Positions 20,471 through 27,936 of a DNA stretch of 32,000 nucleotides are shown here, one piece after another; the first letter of the stretch is position 1; each line of letters begins with the position of its first letter. The notes beneath the pieces are model-generated. The model searched no databases and was not told the origin of the DNA. It worked only from the letters and a program-made list of their open reading frames with translations. The position numbers and the translations under genes were made by a program. This DNA comes from Okeania sp. (lineage in GTDB: Bacteria; Cyanobacteriota; Cyanobacteriia; Cyanobacteriales; Microcoleaceae). Location of the stretch: contig NZ_JAYKGW010000168.1 in NCBI RefSeq assembly GCF_035285525.1, positions 37,960 to 69,959 of the forward strand. The letters run 5' to 3'.

Positions 20471-21166
20471 TTGCAAGCAAGAGAAATCGAGCCTAAGCTA
20501 AAACAACTTAGCCGTCTTGCCTGGTCAACTGAACCTGCGTTAGCCCAGAGGTTAGAAGAAGTTAGGCGCTGGATTAAGGACATTAGACCAGGCTTACTGA
20601 CAAACAAAGGTGTTTTAGTAGGATTTTTGTTAGAATTAATTAAGGATGGAGAATTTTGGTTAAAATTACAATCATTAACAAACGAAGAAAGAGAAATATT
20701 TTTACAACATCTACCGTCCCCAGTTATATATTGGTATGAAAATCTTTTTCCCAAATGGTTTAATGAAAATGATCATAAATTTTATATATGGAAACAGAAA
20801 TTAAGATCTGGAGAGTTTAGCCAAGAAGATGCTGAACTAATAGAATCTATTGCCCATCAGATTAAAAGTCGCAATGGTTGTGTTGTACATCGTTACATTG
20901 CAGATTTGTCTATGGCAACAGATGTGATTGTGAGTAGTAGCACAGGCAAGCCTCTCTGTGTTCAACTTACTACTATGTCCGGAGAACTTTCCGAAGATAA
21001 GTACAAAGAGTGGAAAGATACATTAAAGCAATGGGAGATTAGACGAGGTATTTTTGTTAGCTATAATCCCAGTCAGGAGCGTTCTGTTGCGAAATTAGTA
21101 AATCTGGTTCTGCATAATAGCAATCATTTAAAGGAGGCTAAATACATTAAATTTTGTTTTAGATAG
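20471..21166 (+). CDS. hypothetical protein (231 aa)
   Basis: Long ORF with a TTG start 4 nt after a GGAGG motif. I recognise no family. It is flanked by MITE-like elements. Confidence 0.5.
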   Translation: MQAREIEPKLKQLSRLAWSTEPALAQRLEEVRRWIKDIRPGLLTNKGVLVGFLLELIKDGEFWLKLQSLTNEEREIFLQHLPSPVIYWYENLFPKWFNENDHKFYIWKQKLRSGEFSQEDAELIESIAHQIKSRNGCVVHRYIADLSMATDVIVSSSTGKPLCVQLTTMSGELSEDKYKEWKDTLKQWEIRRGIFVSYNPSQERSVAKLVNLVLHNSNHLKEAKYIKFCFR

Positions 21167-21195
21167 GAATTTGATTGTCAACTTCCATAAAACCT

Positions 21196-21242
21196 AGGAC
21201 TTATGCACCTCAACCAAAAAATCGACTTTTGGCTTAAGTCCT
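21196..21242. mobile_element. short MITE-like element (AGGACTTATGCA...GGCTTAAGTCCT)
   Basis: Imperfect termini of the same family, lying between the 231-aa and 86-aa ORFs. Confidence 0.4.
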
Positions 21243-21293
21243 GAAATCTTGATTTTTGAACAAAATTATACATATTAACAGTAGGCATCATAT

Positions 21294-21554
21294 ATGATAA
21301 CAACTAGCACAGCTCTATCAAATAAAGAACGTTTAGAAAAAGCTTGGCAAGCTTTCCAAGCTGTCCAACAGTTACAAGAAGATCGATTAGCTTGGGGAAT
21401 TAATCATGTTAATTTATATGTAGAAAATGTTGATGGAGATTGGCTGGAAAATTGGGGTGAAGATGAGGAAGAAGAATTAGGTGAAAAGCTAATGATGATT
21501 AAGGAGTCGGGAAGTAGGGGAATAGAAAATCAGAAGAGCAACTGTGCCTCATAA
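21294..21554 (+). CDS. small acidic hypothetical protein (86 aa)
   Basis: ATG-initiated ORF with an acidic WGEDEEEELGEK stretch. No recognisable family. Confidence 0.4.
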   Translation: MITTSTALSNKERLEKAWQAFQAVQQLQEDRLAWGINHVNLYVENVDGDWLENWGEDEEEELGEKLMMIKESGSRGIENQKSNCAS

Positions 21555-21643
21555 TTGTCGGACAGAATTGCTATAGGAATCCTATTTGAGTTATGCCAAA
21601 AATTTAGTTGCTTTCTAGGAAACAGGTGGGAATTTCAGTTTTT

Positions 21644-21797
21644 AGGACTAAAGCCATGAACGCTATTGGTAGGGTGTGTTTTGCATTCCGGAAAGCTTCG
21701 CTAACTCTCTGCGACATGGAAAACGGAGCATGACCTTAGGAAAAAGCGGTAGCCTAACGCACCAATACTCTATATATAGTACCTTTGCGTAAGTCCT
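21644..21797. mobile_element. MITE-like element, AGGACTTAC family, with a nested repeat
   Basis: AGGACTAAAGCC...TTGCGTAAGTCCT termini. The interior is similar to the 13437-13600 copy. Confidence 0.55.
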
Positions 21798-22206
21798 GTT
21801 TTTTTATTTACTTTTTGATTTGTCATATCAAATCCGCTGGTTACGGTTCCCGATAAATTGGAGAATAAAGTGATACCATGTCCGGTTGAATAATTAGACT
21901 TTGGTGGAAGGAAGGCAGCTATGCTGAAGCTCTTATGCCATTTCCACCTTGATTTTATACACGCTCCCATGCTAGCGGACATGATATGATACCATCAGAA
22001 AAACGCGAAAACTCCTAGTTTTTAGAGGGTTTGAAGACCAAACCCCTACGGTCTTAAATTCTACCAATACTAGCGGACTTGATATTATAGTTTAATTTTT
22101 CAGTAAGAATTATTAAGCGCATTGTTACAGAGAAATGGTATCACAACCTATTTAGGATTGCTATATAAATCATAATAATTGTAAATAACACAGAATATAT
22201 TAACTA

Positions 22207-22749
22207 ATGAATCATCAATATTTGCAGCAAGTTTTGTGGAGTTTGACAATATTTTTGAGTAGCTTTAATTATCAAAAATTAATCCCAAATTTGCCAGAAA
22301 TTCCCACTCTTAAACTAACTTATCTTTCCCAATCAAATACAGTAGATTCACCATATAATGAGATGGAACAATCTGTATTTAATTATGTAAATCAACATCG
22401 AAATTCTCAAAATTTACCGACTCTTCAGTGGAATTATACTATTGCTGAACAAGCAAAAATTCATGCTCAACAAATGGCTAGTGGTCAAACAACTTTTAGC
22501 AATAATGGATTTAAAGAAAGAGTAGAAATAATCAGTGAAAAAATTCCTTATAAAAGTGCGGCGGAAAACATAGCTGAAGAAGAAAAGAATGGTTATAATG
22601 ATCCTGTAAGAAAAGCTGTTGTTGGTTGGATTAATAGTCCTGAGCATCGTCAAAATATGGAAGGTGACTATAATTTAACAGGTGTTGGTATTGCTCAAAG
22701 TTCTGATGGCACATATTACTTTAATCAAATGTTTATCAAAACGAGATAA
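22207..22749 (+). CDS. CAP/SCP (PR-1-like, YkwD-type) domain protein
   Basis: 180-aa ORF with the CAP pattern: VNQHRNSQNLPTLQWN..., AENIA..., GWINSPEHRQNM, GVGIA...YYFNQMF. Confidence 0.75.
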   Translation: MNHQYLQQVLWSLTIFLSSFNYQKLIPNLPEIPTLKLTYLSQSNTVDSPYNEMEQSVFNYVNQHRNSQNLPTLQWNYTIAEQAKIHAQQMASGQTTFSNNGFKERVEIISEKIPYKSAAENIAEEEKNGYNDPVRKAVVGWINSPEHRQNMEGDYNLTGVGIAQSSDGTYYFNQMFIKTR

Positions 22750-22836
22750 ATATAGCAATCTTATGTGATTCGCGTGCAGAATTTCATTACTTTTAGAGAA
22801 CAGGGAACGGGTGATAGTTTTTGATAACAGTAGAGT

Positions 22837-25215
22837 TTAGATATCTTCAAAGAGTGGCATATAAGCATTTAATGGAGATTCTAATTCCTCAAGTAATAAA
22901 GCTATTCCGAGTATTCCTTTGTAAAGACTAAAAGGATAATTATGAAGGAAGTCAATATTTTCTAATGCTTTAATAGCTAGTTCTTTACTTTTGATTAACC
23001 AGTATGTTTCTGAGCTATATTTATACAAGTTTAAAACTGAATAAGCAGCTCCAGATAAACCACAGCATAAATCAGAAATTATATAACTATTTCCTAAGAC
23101 ATTAATTGCTGCTTTTTCTGCTAGATTCAAATAGCGATTATTACGGAAATATTTGTCAGCTATTACCCATAAATGAATTAATCCAGCAGTACCATTACAC
23201 CACCAGGGAACATATTCCAAACTTTCCCTTTTTTTACTATTAATTTTCTGTTTCCACTGCATTCCATTCTGACAATTTTCACCCATTTCCGATAATTGTT
23301 CTAGTCTTAATTCTAGAGAATTTGGTAATTCTTGTTTTGTTACTTGACACCAATGTAAAGTTCCATAGAGTAAACCTGCCCATCCATGAGCTAAACCAAG
23401 GTAAGGAAAATTTAAACATTCTCTAATTGGTTTAAAAGTGTCAATTTCTTGCCATATTTCTGATAATATTTTGTTACCTAATTCTAAAATTGCTTGATTT
23501 TCAGGGATAATTTTCATTAGTAATGAGTAACCATTGAGAATCCCGGCTTTACCCATATTTAATTCAATAGAGTCACATTTTATTTGAGATGTAATAACAT
23601 AATTATTTACTGCCTCTTGTAAACAGGTTTCATCTCCCATAGTATGACTAATTATTGCCTGCATAAAATGAATACCTGGTTGATGATAATAAAAAGAAAT
23701 TGGTTTAACTATGTCTTGATTTAAAGACAAATTTTGATTAAAAAATCCCGACTCATTGTGACATTGACTTAAGGCTTGATTATTCCATAAATCTGCAATT
23801 GATAAAAGTTCTGGATTATCCCGAATACAAGATAATCTATAGAGAAAATAAGCTGTTCCTGCTGCACCAAAAACAATGTTTGCTGTGGGCGCTCTATGCA
23901 AATTTGTCAAAGTTTCAGTAGTAAGATTACTACTGATTTGATGAATAATATTGGCTAATTTTTGTCGATTAATATGAATACTAGGAGATAGATTTTTATT
24001 TTCGGAAATTTTTGGTTTTTCTGTGATTTTTTCTAAGTCTTGAACCATTTCTGACAAAGAGAAAAAACGCTCTTGAGGTTTTTTACTTAAAGACTTAAAT
24101 AATACCTTTTCCATTTCTATCCAAGATGATAAATCTTGTGATGAAAAAGATAGGGGAATTTCCTCTTGAATTTGCCGTAACATTTCCTGTTTATCTAAAG
24201 AAAAACGAAGATAATGTTTCCCTGCTAGAAGATAATATAACAAAGCACCAATACAATATTGTTCTGCTTTTTGAGTAGATTTTAGTAAAGGTTTTTTCTG
24301 ACTCCGAGCCAGAGCATATTCAGGCTCAAAATAATATGCCACACCACCAGTACGATAATTATTTTGAGTATCTTTTTCTAATCTGGCTAGACCATAATCA
24401 ATAATTTTAATTCTTCCCACCTCATCAACTAGAATATTCCGAGGATGAATATCAATATGTAGCACTCCTTGACTGTGTAAATGAACATAAGCTTTGACAA
24501 TTTTTATAGCTAAAGATAATAGCTGATTTTTACTTCCAATAATTCCTAATTTTCGAGCTTCTCTTGCCCGACTATTTACATCAATACCAGATACCCATTC
24601 ACTCACAAAATAGGTTTTACTATCAAATTCCCCTTGATGCTCAAGTCGAGGATTAATTTTGCCGTCTAAATGTTGTAAAATATTGATTTCGTGCAAGAGA
24701 GTTTGTTGGGCTTTTTTATCTGTTGAATTTCTGACAATTTTCAAAGCCATTAAATAATTATTAGTATTTCTAACTTGATAAACTTCTACATCTTCATCAG
24801 CTTGGATAATTTTAATAATTTGAAATTGCTGAATATATTCTCCTATTTGATAAGTAGGTTCAATATTTTCTACTGCATCTGAGTTCGCAGGAACTATTAA
24901 ACCTATTTTGATAAAATGATCGACTATGGGTATGGTTTCTTGTAAAAGTTGATAAGCATCTATGGTTTTATTTCTACTAACTTTAACAACTACATCGACA
25001 ATTTTTTGAGGGGATATAAATTCTGTCATTAAATTAGCTGTGGCATTATCAATTGTTTTGGAAGGGATTCTACTACCACGACGACTAATGACATATTCTC
25101 CTTCATTTGTTTCTAGTTGTTGTTGAATATTATTAGGTAATTCAGTAATAGGAGTAATAACTACATCTTTGGGTAAAATATAATTTTGATTGGGGTCAAC
25201 TTTAGATTTATTCAT
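22837..25215 (-). CDS. Ser/Thr protein kinase fused to a LanC-like lanthionine cyclase domain, with no full-length lyase domain (lanthipeptide-synthetase-like)
   Basis: Residue numbers refer to the 804-aa track ORF. Kinase motifs are LMALK (Lys171), HIDIHPRN (Asp267) and IIDYGLA (Asp285). LanC motifs are GLAHGWAG (His622, nt 23386-23388), WWCNGTAG (Cys685, nt 23197-23199) and DLCCGLSG (Cys729-Cys730-Gly, nt 23059-23067). Only about 130 aa precede the kinase domain. The ATG at 25215 (MNKSKVDP...) is preferred to the TTG at 25251. Confidence 0.85.
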   Translation of the reverse strand: MNKSKVDPNQNYILPKDVVITPITELPNNIQQQLETNEGEYVISRRGSRIPSKTIDNATANLMTEFISPQKIVDVVVKVSRNKTIDAYQLLQETIPIVDHFIKIGLIVPANSDAVENIEPTYQIGEYIQQFQIIKIIQADEDVEVYQVRNTNNYLMALKIVRNSTDKKAQQTLLHEINILQHLDGKINPRLEHQGEFDSKTYFVSEWVSGIDVNSRAREARKLGIIGSKNQLLSLAIKIVKAYVHLHSQGVLHIDIHPRNILVDEVGRIKIIDYGLARLEKDTQNNYRTGGVAYYFEPEYALARSQKKPLLKSTQKAEQYCIGALLYYLLAGKHYLRFSLDKQEMLRQIQEEIPLSFSSQDLSSWIEMEKVLFKSLSKKPQERFFSLSEMVQDLEKITEKPKISENKNLSPSIHINRQKLANIIHQISSNLTTETLTNLHRAPTANIVFGAAGTAYFLYRLSCIRDNPELLSIADLWNNQALSQCHNESGFFNQNLSLNQDIVKPISFYYHQPGIHFMQAIISHTMGDETCLQEAVNNYVITSQIKCDSIELNMGKAGILNGYSLLMKIIPENQAILELGNKILSEIWQEIDTFKPIRECLNFPYLGLAHGWAGLLYGTLHWCQVTKQELPNSLELRLEQLSEMGENCQNGMQWKQKINSKKRESLEYVPWWCNGTAGLIHLWVIADKYFRNNRYLNLAEKAAINVLGNSYIISDLCCGLSGAAYSVLNLYKYSSETYWLIKSKELAIKALENIDFLHNYPFSLYKGILGIALLLEELESPLNAYMPLFEDI

Positions 25216-25671
25216 AATTATTGGAAGTAGGAAGTAGAAGGAAATAACCAATTATTTCTGCTCGATAATTGATGGAATTTTTGATAATCATAAATATCTA
25301 TTTAAAAGTGATATTTAGTAATCATAAATAGGTTGTAAAATTTTATAGTAGGGGTTTGGTCTCCAAAGCCTTACACTTATTGTTCGCAAATCATTTAGGA
25401 CTTGCTATTGGTAAGCATTCTGCATCGTCAGCTAACAGCTATCAGCTCCTGAAAAACATCTATAATTTCCGACTATAAATTATATGGGTTAAAAGCTCAG
25501 ATATATAGTTGAAAAGTAGAAGTTGAAGTTGAAAAAGCGCTTGACTTACTTCATTCATTAAAAAAACTAAGAGCTGACTGCTGACTGCTGAATGCTATTA
25601 ATGGTAAGTAATCAGATTTTGAATGTAAATAAAAACACATTTGCTCTAAATATTTAACATATTCAAATTTG

Positions 25672-25810
25672 CTTTAACCATACTTAAAGATGGAAATTTG
25701 GAAGTAGGGAGTAGGAGGAAGTAATCAATTATTTACCCCCTTTCCTTTAACCATACTTAAAGATGGAAATTTGGAAGTAGGGAGTAGGGAGTAGAAGGAA
25801 ATAATCAATT
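25672..25810. repeat. tandem duplication of about 70 nt (CTTTAACCATACTTAAAGATGGAAATTTGGAAGTAGGGAGTAGG...AATCAATT), with a third partial copy at 25221-25255 abutting the kinase-LanC start codon
   Basis: Copies at 25672-25730 and 25745-25810. The motif TTGGAAGTAGGAAGTAGAAGGAAATAACCAATT recurs at 25221-25253. Confidence 0.75.
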
Positions 25811-25997
25811 CCTTTAATTGTATGGTTTGAAAAGTCAAAATATTCGTTATTTCTCTGCAAATTATGGGTTAAAAATGTGAAGTACAATCAACTATTTTTC
25901 CTTGACTTTTTTGAAATAATAGCTGAATATTCAGGAAGCTAAACATTTTAAATACTGTGATTTTACTTCATTTAATATGAAGTTAATTTCTGATAAA

Positions 25998-27161
25998 TTA
26001 CGGCTGAATATTTACTATTGAAGGAATCCAATTAGTTGTATCAATGCCTTCTAAACTTAATCGTTTGAGAGCAAATATTCTCGGTTCTAAATCAGTATTT
26101 TTATTACTTTTAGCTGCAATAATGGCAGATGCTAAACGATTAGTAATCCACAGTCGCCAACTTTCTTTTTCTTGCCAATTTGGTTGATATTTATCCTGGG
26201 GAGGATCTATACCCCAAGACAGTAAACCTCCAGAAGTAATTTCAGCAGTAAAAGGAACTCCTTGAGCAGGTATATTTGTTAAAGCAGATGCTAATTTTTC
26301 GGCTGTATTTTGTAGGTTTTCTAAGGTGTAAAAATAGGCAATAAAATTATCTGGTCGCAGTAAACCACTAATCTTTTTGGCAAATTTTAGAGAGCGAGTT
26401 TCAGTATCAGAAAGAATGGCAATAACTTCTCCCAATATTTCTTTTTGAAATTCTATATTGGTACTGACATAAAGTTTATATCGCCACTGTTTTTTGTCTG
26501 TAGGTGTCTGGTCGTGACGCGATCGCCACAATGACCAATAATCTCCATATTTATTGGTGACTTTTACTGGTTCCCAATGTTTTTCTAATAAATGGTAGTG
26601 TTTTCCATCGGGGTGAAGATGGAGATATTTTACTAGATATTCTGGAGTTGAGAATGCTTGATGTCGTTTAGGAGTCAGGGGAAGTCGGTTATAAAAATAT
26701 AGTCGTGCTGATAGTTTGGTGACATCGGTAATATTCAGTTTTTCGGCGTACTCTATTGCTTTCATGGATAGTTGCGCTAGTTTACTACCGTTATTAGGTG
26801 AATATTTTTCAGGTTCGAGAATACTGTAAGCTTCAGCACCGGAAACAAAACCATTTTCTGTCTGTAATTCTAAGATACTATCTAGCAGCAACTTTTCGAT
26901 TGTGGTGTTTGTATTTTCCCCAAGGGAGGATATAATTTCTTTAGGAATTTTTCCTGGATGATGGAGATTTTGGTAGAGTTTAGCAGTTTGATGACAAATA
27001 GCTTTGATGGTTAAACCTGAATTTTCATTGGGTAGTAAAACGCCAAAAAAATCTGGGTCTTCACGGAGTTGAGAAAGGTTGTTTTGCTCGTTGGGAGTTA
27101 GGTTTTCGTAGGGAACTAATTTGTATTTTTGGTTCGCTCGGAAAATTGTGGTTTGTATCAT
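25998..27161 (-). CDS. hypothetical protein (387 aa) between the peptide gene and the kinase-LanC gene; candidate stand-alone lyase or recognition partner
   Basis: Clean ATG-initiated ORF co-oriented with its neighbours. Conserved-looking blocks are YKLYVS, LLRPDNFIAYFY, GVPFTAEI, LLSWGIDPP and ESWRLWITNRLA. The family cannot be assigned by eye, so the function is inferred from context only. Confidence 0.6.
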   Translation of the reverse strand: MIQTTIFRANQKYKLVPYENLTPNEQNNLSQLREDPDFFGVLLPNENSGLTIKAICHQTAKLYQNLHHPGKIPKEIISSLGENTNTTIEKLLLDSILELQTENGFVSGAEAYSILEPEKYSPNNGSKLAQLSMKAIEYAEKLNITDVTKLSARLYFYNRLPLTPKRHQAFSTPEYLVKYLHLHPDGKHYHLLEKHWEPVKVTNKYGDYWSLWRSRHDQTPTDKKQWRYKLYVSTNIEFQKEILGEVIAILSDTETRSLKFAKKISGLLRPDNFIAYFYTLENLQNTAEKLASALTNIPAQGVPFTAEITSGGLLSWGIDPPQDKYQPNWQEKESWRLWITNRLASAIIAAKSNKNTDLEPRIFALKRLSLEGIDTTNWIPSIVNIQP

Positions 27162-27294
27162 GTTGAAGTTGGTTATACCAGGCGCGATAAATGTTTACAA
27201 ATGGTAGAAGCAGAGGCAGAGAAACCGGGTTTGTCTTAAATGCCCTGAAATAATAATATGACCTCCAACAAACCCGGTTTTTTTATAACACTTC

Positions 27295-27380
27295 GGACTT
27301 ACGAAAACATGAAAATATAGACCATTTGTAGGGGCGAATGGCATTCGCCCATACTATCTATAGCGGTACTGCGTAAGTCT
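27295..27380. mobile_element. MITE-like element (CGGACTTACG...CTGCGTAAGTCT) carrying the palindrome GGGCGAATGGCATTCGCCC
   Basis: Family termini plus an 8-bp-stem hairpin. It lies between the peptide gene stop (27432) and the 387-aa gene start (27161). Confidence 0.55.
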
Positions 27381-27431
27381 TGATAATATGCTAGGAGTTG
27401 GCAGACTAAACCCCTACAAAATAGCGATCGC

Positions 27432-27710
27432 TTATGCAGCTAATGCCATTTTTAGTTGTTCTTGTAATTTAGACATTAAGTCATCTTGAGAGGGATAGAG
27501 CAAACTGCCTAAAACTTCCTTGAGTTCATTCTCCATAGGTGCGCCAACAGTCACGCTACAAGTGCAGGCAGTACAAGATAGATAGTTAGCTTCTACACCA
27601 ACAGTAGCACTGCAAGTACAATCAGTACAAGATAGATAGTTAGCATCAACTCCAGATCGGTTTGCTGCTTGAGGCAGAATATTAACCATTAAGTCACGAA
27701 CTTTAAGCAT
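27432..27710 (-). CDS. candidate RiPP precursor peptide with two tandem Cys/Ser/Thr-rich modules
   Basis: 92-aa ORF with an AAGGA Shine-Dalgarno-like motif 8 nt upstream of the ATG. Residues 23-40 (ANYLSCTDCTCSATVGVE) and 41-58 (ANYLSCTACTCSVTVGAP) form an 18-aa tandem repeat (nt 27591-27644 and 27537-27590). The modules differ by four synonymous codon changes while every Cys, Ser and Thr is retained. It lies first in a co-oriented set with the kinase-LanC gene. Confidence 0.75.
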   Translation of the reverse strand: MLKVRDLMVNILPQAANRSGVDANYLSCTDCTCSATVGVEANYLSCTACTCSVTVGAPMENELKEVLGSLLYPSQDDLMSKLQEQLKMALAA

Positions 27711-27769
27711 TATTTTGTCCTTAATAATTGAATTATGTTGTTTCCTGAAACTGGTTAATTAAAATGTTT

Positions 27770-27869
27770 AGGACTGACGCAAAGAAACCCGGTTTCTAGG
27801 CTAAATCATTGTTTTGAACAAGAAACATCCACGAGAAACCCGGTTTCTGGGTTCTGCTGCGTAAATCCT
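27770..27869. mobile_element. MITE-like element (AGGACTGACGCA...CTGCGTAAATCCT) containing two AGAAACCCGGTTTCT dyads
   Basis: Family termini. The internal dyads are at 27783-27797 and 27834-27848. It lies 60 nt upstream of the peptide gene start. Confidence 0.55.
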
Positions 27870-27936
27870 GATGTTTTTTCTTGACTTCGTTTCATTACAA
27901 ATAATCATAGTTCGGCTTTTTGGAAATAGATAAAAT

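Noticed and set aside
21770-21982. Track ORF 21770-21982 (-)
   Set aside because: It starts inside a MITE and runs through another inverted-repeat element (GATACCATGTCCGG / GCGGACATGATATGATACC). It has no coding features.
22207-22749. CAP-domain gene as part of the RiPP cluster
   Set aside because: It is convergently oriented to the kinase-LanC gene and belongs to a common secreted-protein family with no known role in RiPP maturation. Adjacency alone is insufficient.
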